Origin: a bacterium
Lineage (GTDB): Bacteria > Bdellovibrionota_B > Oligoflexia > Oligoflexales > CAIYRB01
Length of the DNA stretch: 64,000 nucleotides
Assembly: GCA_900299215.1 (NCBI GenBank)
Contig: OMIY01000382.1
Location: 10,206 to 74,205 of the forward strand
Direction of reading: 5' to 3'
A program made the position numbers and the translations under genes. Of this stretch, positions 48,040-57,075 are shown one piece after another; positions within the stretch are counted from its first letter, which is position 1; the number at the start of each line of letters is the position of its first letter. The notes under the pieces were generated by a model. The model made no database searches, was not told where the DNA came from, and saw only the letters and a list, made by a program, of their open reading frames with translations.

Positions 48040-48702
48040 ATGAAAATTAATCGCCAACTAGCACAATTAGTCGTCAGCTTTTCTCTGGTACTCACGGGCA
48101 CATTAGTTGTGACGACCGCATCGCTGGCCGGGATCTCAATTTCCGGCTCAGTCTCAACATCTACAACAAACGTACCGTTGCAAATCACGACGATGCAGTA
48201 TGGCACAGCAGGCATCGATATTGACTTAGGCCAATATATCCGTTTCGGTTTAAATTATGGGGTGCAGTTGAGCACTACTTCTGTGTATCAGCCTCCTGCA
48301 AGTGGAACCAACGGATCTGCTAGCTTGGCAGACCTCACTTGTCCGAAAGTCGGATCATGTGCCTCAGTTATAAATAAAACGATGATCACTGAGAGGGGGA
48401 GTGGCTTTACGTTGATTTTGTGGGCCGGTGAAATATTTATGCCGTATGTGACGGTTGGTGGAGTAACAAAAAACTATACGTTCACTACCCAAGTAAACGA
48501 TGGAGCAATTGAAGAACGAAAAGGTCAGACACCTCTATCGGTGAGTTTGGGGGCCGGGCTTGTTTGCCGCCTCAATCGCGATTTCAGTCTAAAAATGAAT
48601 GCTCAGATTTCTCCCGGTGTTACCATGAGTCCTGGTGATTCTACTCCCCGAATGACATGGGATAAAAAGAACACAATTGGTCTAACCTACCAAATTCGAT
48701 GA
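48040..48702 (+). CDS. Hypothetical secreted beta-barrel-like protein
   Basis: Signal peptide MKINRQLAQLVVSFSLVLTGTLVVTTASLAG, alternating beta-strand pattern, and an aromatic-rich C-terminus (GLTYQIR). Confidence 0.45.
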   Translation: MKINRQLAQLVVSFSLVLTGTLVVTTASLAGISISGSVSTSTTNVPLQITTMQYGTAGIDIDLGQYIRFGLNYGVQLSTTSVYQPPASGTNGSASLADLTCPKVGSCASVINKTMITERGSGFTLILWAGEIFMPYVTVGGVTKNYTFTTQVNDGAIEERKGQTPLSVSLGAGLVCRLNRDFSLKMNAQISPGVTMSPGDSTPRMTWDKKNTIGLTYQIR

Positions 48703-48799
48703 CGGCAAAATATGTAGGTGTGGGAAAGTAGTCCCCTAATATTAGTGCTTAGTCGATCCGATAGGCTCTTAGAGTCCAACCAAGAATTTTGGACTCTAT

Positions 48800-50554
48800 T
48801 TGGGGTTAATAGTGCCTATCGCAGTCAAAATTGAGATCGGCGTCGTGCTCACCATTGTTGTGGTGCTGTTGGCACTTGCCGTTGTGTTTATTTTTGCTGC
48901 GCTGTGGCAAGTCGCTAACGTGCGCGGCTTGAAGGCACGGGGCCGTCGTCGGCGGATTCCAGGCTCTGGCGATCAGCGTTCAAGTGATCGCCGGCGTAAA
49001 TTCTCACGGATTGAGAGAAAATTGTTTCAGGAGGCTCAGCATTTTCTTGAGAACGGAAAGGTACAGCCAGCTGCAGCAATACTTGAACAGCTTTCGATGC
49101 AACGAGAGGCCATTCAAGTCTTGGAGGATCACGGATTCATTCATGATGCCGCGAAAATTCTGATGCGAATGCAAAGGCACAATCGGGCCGGTGTGGTGTA
49201 CGCAAGACATGGTATGTGGGAAAATGCAGCTCAGTGTTTTAAGATGGCAAATATGCCTGCAGAGGTTGCGAAATGCGCGCGAGAATTTGGTGATACTGCC
49301 CTAGCATGTGAGTACTTTGAGAAGGCCGAGCGATATGGTGACGCAGCGGAATGTGCTGAGGAGCTAGGCGATAATTTGCGAGCTGCGCGACTTTATTTGA
49401 AGAGTTCCAACCAGGCAAAGGCAATGAGCTGTTTTAGCAAAGTAGTTGCTAAAAGCGGGGCCTCAAAAACAACTGATTTGCGTTCCTCTGAGTTACAAGC
49501 AATCGCGGCTTATGTCACGGAGGGTCGTGGTGATGGCAACTTAGCACGGTTGCTCCATGCAAACGATAAATTGCTGTCTGTGATTCAAAAGTTACTAGGT
49601 GCCGGCATGGCTGGGCAGGTGAAGGAAATACTCACCGCAATCAAGGTCGATATCATTCCTCAAATAATGGCGGAATTAAATTACTCTGATGAAAGCGCAG
49701 CGATTCTCGCTGATGTCTTATCCAAATTAGATAGGCATCAGTATGCTGGGATGATTTATGAGCAAATGATGTTATTCGATCGTGCTGCGGCCGCATTTGA
49801 AAGAGCTGGTGATTTGTCGCGAGCTAATTACTGTCGTGAGCGGGCCGGGTTACCATCGAAGCCGATTAAGGCATCGGTTGATAATGAGGCAACACATGTG
49901 GTTCAACCGACGCCTTCACGCCCCGAGTCAAAGCCATCGCGTTCGATTGCAAATTCGAGTTCTCCTAGGGTTGAGTTTGCTCTCGCGGCAGTTACCGAAG
50001 TTGGTCGACCGAAGGGCGTTGTAGCAGCGGCTGTACCAGCAGTAGCTGAGTTTGTTCCACCGCCCATTCCTGTGCCTCCGGCCCAGCCGCCGCCTTCCGC
50101 AGAGGACTATGGCCAATCTGCATTCGTGAAATCGGCACTTTGCAGTGACCTTAGCTTTGATCAGTCACAGGCTTTATGGGACATCGGTGTTTCCCAGGTT
50201 TATAGAGCTGGAGAGTCGATTCTTGATTACAACGGCGAGCCTCGGGGTATTTATGTGGTGTTGCGCGGTCAGATCAGTTGTTATCGCCGTTACGGCGAAA
50301 AAGATGCGTTTATAGATCAACTTGGAGCAGCTGATTCCTTTGGGGAACTCTGGTTGTTAGCTGAAAACCCAAGTGCAGTTCAGTTTGTCGCACTTCGGGA
50401 CGTGGAGATCCGCATCGTCGAGCGAGCTGCTTTCCTGCAGTTGCTGGAAAGGGATTCGACAATTGCGTGCAAGCTCTACAAAAGATTTGCCATGAAATTG
50501 CTGGATAAATTGTTAAATCAGCGATCTGACAGGAAAAACCCATTGGCCTCCTGA
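48800..50554 (+). CDS. Membrane-anchored helical-repeat protein with a C-terminal cyclic-nucleotide-binding domain
   Basis: N-terminal TM helix and Arg-rich stretch; about 19-aa Ala-rich helix repeats (G-x4-AA-x2-F/Y-x2-A); Pro-rich linker; cNMP-binding signature FGELWLLAENPSAVQFVALRDVEI. The start could instead be the GTG at 48812. Confidence 0.6.
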   Translation: MGLIVPIAVKIEIGVVLTIVVVLLALAVVFIFAALWQVANVRGLKARGRRRRIPGSGDQRSSDRRRKFSRIERKLFQEAQHFLENGKVQPAAAILEQLSMQREAIQVLEDHGFIHDAAKILMRMQRHNRAGVVYARHGMWENAAQCFKMANMPAEVAKCAREFGDTALACEYFEKAERYGDAAECAEELGDNLRAARLYLKSSNQAKAMSCFSKVVAKSGASKTTDLRSSELQAIAAYVTEGRGDGNLARLLHANDKLLSVIQKLLGAGMAGQVKEILTAIKVDIIPQIMAELNYSDESAAILADVLSKLDRHQYAGMIYEQMMLFDRAAAAFERAGDLSRANYCRERAGLPSKPIKASVDNEATHVVQPTPSRPESKPSRSIANSSSPRVEFALAAVTEVGRPKGVVAAAVPAVAEFVPPPIPVPPAQPPPSAEDYGQSAFVKSALCSDLSFDQSQALWDIGVSQVYRAGESILDYNGEPRGIYVVLRGQISCYRRYGEKDAFIDQLGAADSFGELWLLAENPSAVQFVALRDVEIRIVERAAFLQLLERDSTIACKLYKRFAMKLLDKLLNQRSDRKNPLAS

Positions 50555-50636
50555 GCGGATCCGTTGGCACGTCGTATGCAAAGATTAGACTAATGGCAGG
50601 TGTTGTGGCTGATCTGTGTGATTGCGGAGATTGTAG

Positions 50637-50837
50637 ATGAATATGAGATGTATCAAGCACCCAGAGTATCGCGGTAAAACTTCTCCAGTTTTAGCTTGTC
50701 GAGCTTGCTGCTCGATGTTTTTAGCGGAGAACAGACTTCGTGATGGAGGTGGTATCAAAGTACCACCCCCAGCGTCTTCTGATTTAACTCAAAACGCACG
50801 ACAGAGCATCATTCAAACTGTGCTGCAATCGTTGTGA
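50637..50837 (+). CDS. Hypothetical small CxxH...CxxCC protein
   Basis: 66-aa ORF, MNMRCIKHPEY...LACRACCSMF; zinc-ribbon-like spacing; no family recognised. Confidence 0.3.
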   Translation: MNMRCIKHPEYRGKTSPVLACRACCSMFLAENRLRDGGGIKVPPPASSDLTQNARQSIIQTVLQSL

Positions 50838-50843
50838 CAGAAG

Positions 50844-52022
50844 TTACAGGCATTCAACTATAACCGCGCTAGCTTCGCCGCCGCCTATGCAAAGCGTGGC
50901 AAGGCCTCGTTTCTTGCCAGCTGCTTTTAGTCCGTTTAACAGAGTAGCCAAGACTCTGGCTCCACTGGCCCCGATCGGGTGGCCAAGTGCGACGGCACCA
51001 CCGTGAGCATTGACTTTTGAGGGGTCAAGTTTTAGCTCCTTGATAGCGGCCATCGTCACGACAGCAAACGCTTCATTGATCTCAAATAGATCGATGTCAG
51101 ATACTTGTAAATTAGCTTTGGCAAGCACTTTTCGGATGCACTCGATAGGCGCCGTTGTAAACCAACTTGGCTCTTGAGCGTGTGATGCTTGAGCTATAAT
51201 TCGTGCCACTGGTTTAAGGTTGTGTTCCTTGACTGCAGACGCACTCGCTAGCACGCTGAGGGCGGCTCCATCGTTTATCGATGACGCGTTGCCAGCTGTG
51301 ACAGTTCCATCTCTTTCGAATGCCGGCCGCAGCGTGGACAGTTTACTGAGATCAACGGAAAATGGTTGCTCATCTTTATCGACCGATGTTGTGCCTTTTT
51401 TTCCAACGATTTCTACTGGCACGATTTCCTTGGCGAAGTGGCCAGATTCTACGGCTTGTCGAGCTCGTTCGTAACTTTGTGTGGCAAACTTATCTTGTTC
51501 TTCACGCGTGAAGCTAAAATCTTTGGCGCACATATCGCCAAAATTGCCCATGGCCTTATTCCCGTAAGGGTCCCAAAGACCGTCGAATTGCATATGATCT
51601 TGAAGCTCGATCGCTCCAAATTTGTAACCTTGTCGGCTACCCGGTAACATGTGTGGTGCAAGAGACATGCTCTCCATACCACCCGCGAAAACGATCCTTG
51701 CATCACCGGCTTTGATTGCCTGGTCGCCGAGCATAACAGCCTTTAGACCGGAGCCACAGACTCGGTTGATGGTTGTAGCGCACACAGATTTTGGCAGGCC
51801 GCCATAAATAGCGGCTTGACGAGCCGGAGCTTGACCAATTCCGGCTGGGAGCACGCAGCCCATAATGATCTCATCTACTGAGTCGGCCTTGATACCGGTG
51901 GCTTCGATCGCATTCTTAACTAGCGTAGCGGCGAGTTTAGGCGCCGGCACTGAAGATAAGGAACCGCTTAGTTTTCCGATTGGGGTTCGTTTTGCATACA
52001 CAATATAAGTATCTGCTGACAT
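50844..52022 (-). CDS. Acetyl-CoA C-acetyltransferase (thiolase)
   Basis: Start set at MSADTYIVYAKRTPIGK (ATG at 52022-52020). Active-site segments NRVCGSGLKA, NEAFA, GGAVALGHPIGASG, CIGGGEA. Confidence 0.9.
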   Translation of the reverse strand: MSADTYIVYAKRTPIGKLSGSLSSVPAPKLAATLVKNAIEATGIKADSVDEIIMGCVLPAGIGQAPARQAAIYGGLPKSVCATTINRVCGSGLKAVMLGDQAIKAGDARIVFAGGMESMSLAPHMLPGSRQGYKFGAIELQDHMQFDGLWDPYGNKAMGNFGDMCAKDFSFTREEQDKFATQSYERARQAVESGHFAKEIVPVEIVGKKGTTSVDKDEQPFSVDLSKLSTLRPAFERDGTVTAGNASSINDGAALSVLASASAVKEHNLKPVARIIAQASHAQEPSWFTTAPIECIRKVLAKANLQVSDIDLFEINEAFAVVTMAAIKELKLDPSKVNAHGGAVALGHPIGASGARVLATLLNGLKAAGKKRGLATLCIGGGEASAVIVECL

Positions 52023-52239
52023 GCCGTCCTCATCTTCTTGGGGTGGCTTTCGCCAACCTGGTTTGGTGGTCTTCTGTGTCCTTATTAATGGAAAGTTTTC
52101 CGCCTGATCTACCAAATTATTGCTTCGTGCCTGATTCAGAAGTTTTTTGTGGCGCGATCGGATCTTAGCCGTTATAAGTTGCATCCAACCCAGATCGGAC
52201 CGGGCCACTTCAGGCCGCTTGCTATGAGGACATCCCGCT

Positions 52240-53379
52240 ATGTCTTTTCGAGGTCCTAGAGACGACCGCGCTCCATGTGTTCTACAGCTTTCAGATGGCA
52301 ATCGTTTTGTTGGTCAGCTTATCGGAGCTCCCGTAAAGGCTAGTGGCCAAATGGTTTTCACTACCGGGATGGTGGGCTACAGCGAAGCTATGACTGACCC
52401 ATCTTATTTCGGTCAGATCTTAGTTTTCACCTATCCACTGATTGGCAATTACGGAATCCCGTCATTACCTCGTGCGTTAGAATTACCAATTCCGCATGGA
52501 TTTGAAAGTGACCGTGTCAATGCGGCAGCGGTCATACTAGCCATAGATAGTCCAGAGACTTTTCATTGGAATAGTTTTCAATCGCTGGATACTTGGCTCA
52601 AGCAGCAGGGTGTGCCAGGTATAGTCGGACTAGATACTAGACATATAGTACACTTGATTCGGCAATCCCCGAACCTTCTCGGACAAGTGATCCCTGAACA
52701 TTCGCGGGGTGTGCGAGATTTGGGTTCGACTCTCACGAAAGTCAGTGACGAGGGGTTCTTTGATCCGGGGCAGTACGACATCGTCGCTGAGGTGTCTACC
52801 AAGGAGCGCCGTCTAATTGGGCACGGTAAAACTAGGATCGGATTGGTGGACTGTGGCGTTAAGTGGAACATCCTGCGTCAGCTGATTGAGCGCGGCTGTG
52901 AGGTTGAGCTCTTGCCTTGGAATACAGACTTGTCGTCAGTTGACTGCACAGCTTGGCTGCTCAGCAATGGACCTGGTGATCCGATTCGGACAGGCGGGTT
53001 GCGTCGACAGGTTGCCGGACTTCTGGAAGGCAATCGTCCCATTCTGGGCATCTGTTTGGGCCATCAGGTTCTTGCTCTAGCTGCGGGGGCCAGCACCAAG
53101 AGGATGCAATATGGTCATCGCAGCCACAACCAACCGGTTTATCAGGTTGGGACCCGCCGTGGTTTTATAACTAGTCAGAACCATGGCTATGTGGTGGACG
53201 ATTCTTCGATTCCTGATGAATGGGAACCGTGGTTTTTAAACGCCAATGACCAAACCATCGAAGGTATTCGCCATAAAAGTAAGCCTTTCCGCAGTGTGCA
53301 GTTTCATCCTGAAGCAGCTGGCGGTCCGCGCGACACTGGTTGGATTCTTGATCAATTTGTCCAAGAGGTAACGACCTAA
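52240..53379 (+). CDS. carA: Carbamoyl-phosphate synthase small (glutamine amidotransferase) subunit
   Basis: TGMVGYSEAMTDPSY, PILGICLGHQ, VQFHPEA. Confidence 0.95.
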   Translation: MSFRGPRDDRAPCVLQLSDGNRFVGQLIGAPVKASGQMVFTTGMVGYSEAMTDPSYFGQILVFTYPLIGNYGIPSLPRALELPIPHGFESDRVNAAAVILAIDSPETFHWNSFQSLDTWLKQQGVPGIVGLDTRHIVHLIRQSPNLLGQVIPEHSRGVRDLGSTLTKVSDEGFFDPGQYDIVAEVSTKERRLIGHGKTRIGLVDCGVKWNILRQLIERGCEVELLPWNTDLSSVDCTAWLLSNGPGDPIRTGGLRRQVAGLLEGNRPILGICLGHQVLALAAGASTKRMQYGHRSHNQPVYQVGTRRGFITSQNHGYVVDDSSIPDEWEPWFLNANDQTIEGIRHKSKPFRSVQFHPEAAGGPRDTGWILDQFVQEVTT

Positions 53380-56300
53380 TGCCCATGCGAGCAGAGCTGA
53401 GAGCACTTGGTAGAGCCCCTAAGGTGCTATTATTGGGGTCGGGTGGACTTTCAATCGGACAAGCTGGCGAATTTGATTATTCGGGCACGCAAGCTGTCAA
53501 AGCACTCGTTGAACAGGGATGCGAAGTCATTCTTGTTAACCCTAACATTGCGACGGTCCAGACTAACCCAGAGCCGCATGTCAAAGTGTACCTGTACCCA
53601 GTTGAACCGGAGTGGGTAGAGAAGGTCATAGCGAAGGAACATCCGGACGCTATAGTTGCTGGTTTTGGTGGCCAAACAGCGCTTAACTGTTTAATCGCTC
53701 TTCATGATCGCAACACACTCGCCAAGTATAATGTCCTTAACCTGGGGACACCAGTAGCGACCTTGAAGATGACTGAGGATCGCGACCTTTTCGCGCAGAA
53801 GATGCGTGAAATTTCCATACCCGTACCGCCAAGTTTTGCTGTTACCAGTCTACCTGCTGCCGAGGCAGCTGCAGCAGACATCGGTTATCCTGTCATTGTG
53901 CGAGCAGCATATGCACTAGGGGGCTTGGGCTCTGGATTTGCATCAAATTCCGATGAACTGGCGGCCTTGGTGGTTCCTGCCCTGGCTAATTCGCCACAGG
54001 TTTTAATTGAAAAGTCACTTAAAGGTTGGAAGGAAGTCGAATACGAGGTCATGCGGGATGGTGAGGGTAATATTATCACCATTTGCAACATGGAAAACTT
54101 CGACCCGCTTGGCATTCACACTGGCGATTCGATTGTGGTTTGTCCGAGTCAGACGCTTTCGGACGACGAATACCAGATTTTGCGTAATGCAGCGCAGAGG
54201 ATAGTCGAGGCGTGTGGCATCGTTGGTGAGTGTAACGTCCAGTACGCCTTGGACCCTTTCAGTCATCAATTTTATGTGATTGAGATCAATGCAAGATTAT
54301 CTAGATCTTCAGCTCTCGCAAGTAAGGCCTCCGGCTACCCTATTGCATACGTGGCAGCCAAAGTAGTTTTAGGACACGATTTACTGGAGTTGATAAATCC
54401 AGTGACTGGAGTCACCTACGCATACTTTGAACCGGCGCTTGATTACGTAACGATCAAAGTTCCCCGTTGGGATTTAGTCAAGTTCCGCGGAGCGTCTAGA
54501 CTTCTTGGTTCAACTATGAAGTCTGTGGGTGAGGTCATGGCTATCGGCAGGAGTTTTCCCGAAGCCATACAAAAAGCGGTGCGCATGGTCACCGAATTAG
54601 GTGAGGGACTAAGTGCATTTAGAACCTCAAGTGAAGCTGAACTCGAGGCAGCTCTCTCGCAACCGACCGACACACGCTTGTATGCTGTCCTGAATGCGCT
54701 GCGGCTTGGTTGGGACATAGAGAAAATCCATTCGTTAACTGCGATCGACAAATGGTTTCTCGCTAACCTTCGTGAGATTACCACGCTGGAGCAGGAAGTA
54801 ATTAATCGTGCGCGGCAAATTTCAGCCACTCCTGACGATGAGCACTTAGTTCGTAAGGTATTCGAGGGGCTGGATTCCAATTCATGGCGAAGACTCAAGA
54901 TGACGGGCTTTGGTGATGAGCAGCTAGCAGCCCTTGTCTTGCATGCAGTACGCCATGGCAAGAAAATAGCTGAAAAGACAGTACAGTCTGGATCTCGCAT
55001 TGTTAGGGAGTTACGTAAGCAGCACGGCGTAGTTCCTTATATAAAGAAAATCGACACCACGGCTGGTGAGTATCCATCACCATCAAATTATTTATACATG
55101 TCTTATGTAGGCATGTTTCATGATCAGTTACCTGATGATGGTAAGCATTCCATCGTTGTTCTTGGTAGTGGAGCTTACCGAATCGGTACCAGTGTTGAGT
55201 TTGATTGGTGTGCGGTGAGTTGTAGTCGCGAGTTACAGAAGGCTGGTTGGCGCAGTGTGATCATCAACTGCAATCCGGAGACGGTATCAACGGATTATAA
55301 CAGCTCTGATCGTCTCTTTTTTGAAGAGATGACCCTTGAGCGCATCCTAGATATCTGTGAGCTTGAGCAGCCTACAGGAGTTGTAGCTTGTATGGGCGGG
55401 CAGTTACCAAATAAGCTGGCTTTGCCTCTTGCGGCCTCCGGCGTCAGACTCCTGGGGCACAGTCCTGAAACCATAGACATGGCGGAAAATCGCAGCTTAT
55501 TCTCGGCGCTACTCGATAAACTAGGGATCGATCAACCCCGCTGGGTGGCTGCCACGACTCAGGCAGATGTCGACCGGTTCATTGCTGAGGTCGGGTTCCC
55601 TGTACTTGTTCGGCCAAGTTACGTCCTATCTGGCGCAGCCATGAGAGTGGCATATGACGCCACTTCCCTAGCCCAATCACTTGCAGTCGCCATCGACATC
55701 TCAACGGACCATCCGGTTGTCATCTCTGAGTTTCTGCTCGGTGCGAGAGAAATTGAACTGGATGGGGTCGCCAAAGATGGGGAAATCCTTACTTCTGTAG
55801 TCAGTGAACATATTGAGAATGCCGGAGTACATTCTGGTGATGCGACTATGGTGGTGCCGGCGCAGAGACTGTATGTGGAAACTGTTAGACGAGTCAGACG
55901 AGCAGCGCGACTGATCGCTCGGGGGCTAAATCTCAACGGGCCATTTAATATTCAATTTTTAGCCCGTCAGAATCACATTAAAGTAATAGAGTGTAACGCT
56001 AGGGCAGCTCGATCCTTCCCATTTGTATCCAAAGTGGTGGGTCTAAATTTGGCCGACACTGCCACGGCTCTGATGATTGGGAACAAGCCGGCCATGTTGA
56101 GGTTGTCTGAGGACGATCTGCCTCATGTCGGTGTTAAGGCCCCGATGTTCAGCTTTACTAGACTGGCTGGTGCTGATCCTGTGCTGGGTGTGGAGATGGC
56201 ATCTACTGGAGAGGTTGGTTGTATCGGGCGTTCTTTTGATGAGGCTCTTTTACTTTCCCTTGAGTCGGCAAAATGTCGTAGACCTCGCAAGGGCATCTTG

Positions 56301-56708
56301 GTTTCTGCCGGACCTGAGAGCGAAAAACTGAAGTTTCTTGAATGTGCTGAATATTTTGCAAAAACTTCCTTGCCACTTTTTGCGACATCCGGGACCGCCG
56401 ACTATCTAGAAAAACATGGCTTCAAGGTAACTCGATTGGCATGGCCAGGTGAGGCCAAGGGTGGCATGGATGTAATCCGGGCCATTAAAGAGGGGTTGGT
56501 TGACTTGGTCATTAACGTACCAAAGGCACTGCAGTCTCAGGAACTAAGCTACGGGGCTCAAATTAGACGTGCAGCAGTACAATTTGGGTGTTCATTACTG
56601 ACGAATATGGAAGCGACTATCGCCTTTTCGCAAGCTTTGGCTCGGATGCCGGATTTTGCTCAAGTTCACGAGGTCTTACCGCTCCCCGCCTATCGTAGTC
56701 AGGCCTAA
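53379..56708 (+). CDS. carB: Carbamoyl-phosphate synthase large subunit
   Basis: 1109 aa with duplicated ATP-grasp halves (GQAGEFDYSGTQA; IEINARLSRSSALASKA; second half NIQF...IECNARAARS) and an MGS-like C-terminus. Confidence 0.95.
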   Translation: MPMRAELRALGRAPKVLLLGSGGLSIGQAGEFDYSGTQAVKALVEQGCEVILVNPNIATVQTNPEPHVKVYLYPVEPEWVEKVIAKEHPDAIVAGFGGQTALNCLIALHDRNTLAKYNVLNLGTPVATLKMTEDRDLFAQKMREISIPVPPSFAVTSLPAAEAAAADIGYPVIVRAAYALGGLGSGFASNSDELAALVVPALANSPQVLIEKSLKGWKEVEYEVMRDGEGNIITICNMENFDPLGIHTGDSIVVCPSQTLSDDEYQILRNAAQRIVEACGIVGECNVQYALDPFSHQFYVIEINARLSRSSALASKASGYPIAYVAAKVVLGHDLLELINPVTGVTYAYFEPALDYVTIKVPRWDLVKFRGASRLLGSTMKSVGEVMAIGRSFPEAIQKAVRMVTELGEGLSAFRTSSEAELEAALSQPTDTRLYAVLNALRLGWDIEKIHSLTAIDKWFLANLREITTLEQEVINRARQISATPDDEHLVRKVFEGLDSNSWRRLKMTGFGDEQLAALVLHAVRHGKKIAEKTVQSGSRIVRELRKQHGVVPYIKKIDTTAGEYPSPSNYLYMSYVGMFHDQLPDDGKHSIVVLGSGAYRIGTSVEFDWCAVSCSRELQKAGWRSVIINCNPETVSTDYNSSDRLFFEEMTLERILDICELEQPTGVVACMGGQLPNKLALPLAASGVRLLGHSPETIDMAENRSLFSALLDKLGIDQPRWVAATTQADVDRFIAEVGFPVLVRPSYVLSGAAMRVAYDATSLAQSLAVAIDISTDHPVVISEFLLGAREIELDGVAKDGEILTSVVSEHIENAGVHSGDATMVVPAQRLYVETVRRVRRAARLIARGLNLNGPFNIQFLARQNHIKVIECNARAARSFPFVSKVVGLNLADTATALMIGNKPAMLRLSEDDLPHVGVKAPMFSFTRLAGADPVLGVEMASTGEVGCIGRSFDEALLLSLESAKCRRPRKGILVSAGPESEKLKFLECAEYFAKTSLPLFATSGTADYLEKHGFKVTRLAWPGEAKGGMDVIRAIKEGLVDLVINVPKALQSQELSYGAQIRRAAVQFGCSLLTNMEATIAFSQALARMPDFAQVHEVLPLPAYRSQA

Positions 56709-56745
56709 TCGAGGCGTGTCTGTTGCAGCCTTGTCGATCTTTTGA

Positions 56746-56774
56746 TTGACAGGCTCGCCTTGGACATTTAACTA
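56746..56774 (+). promoter_or_regulatory. Candidate promoter for tRNA-Met
   Basis: TTGACA (56746-56751), a 17-nt spacer, then TAACTA (56769-56774), about 18 nt before the tRNA 5' end. Confidence 0.3.
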
Positions 56775-56791
56775 CTTAGGCTCACTTCCCT

Positions 56792-56868
56792 GGTGGGGTA
56801 GCTCAGCTGGTTAGAGCGATGGATTCATAACCCATAGGTCGCGAGTTCAAGTCTCGCCCTCACCACCA
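56792..56868 (+). tRNA. tRNA with a CAU anticodon (Met; Ile2-lysidine not excluded), CCA encoded
   Basis: GGTGGGGTAGCTCAGCTGGTTAGAGCGATGGATTCATAACCCATAGGTCGCGAGTTCAAGTCTCGCCCTCACCACCA folds as a cloverleaf. The anticodon loop is TTCATAA. Confidence 0.9.
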
Positions 56869-57075
56869 TTAAACTCCCTGATTTTAATAACTTAAGTTTA
56901 TTTCGAGGCATTTGTAGCAAGGCCAGGTTCGGCAATGCTAACAGGATGATTCGATTTATTTTTATTAAAATGTTTTATAATTTTAATTAAACAAGCCAAT
57001 ATTAATTGACAAATTTATTTTAATTAAATAAAAGCCGCCTCGCAGTTTTATTTATTAGAGGAACTTGAGGCAAAT

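Noticed and set aside
52023-52301. 93-codon N-terminal extension of the thiolase ORF
   Set aside because: Thiolases start about 5 residues before the I-V-x-A-x-RTPIGK motif. The extension would overlap the carA start at 52240 on the other strand.
54443-55000. 185-aa antisense ORF inside carB. Similar long antisense ORFs lie at 28531-29040, 20657-21169, 23093-23554, 57403-57783, 63114-63473 and 62779-63027.
   Set aside because: All lie fully inside strongly supported genes on the opposite strand. They have Arg/Ser/Ala-rich low-complexity composition typical of antisense frames and show no motifs.
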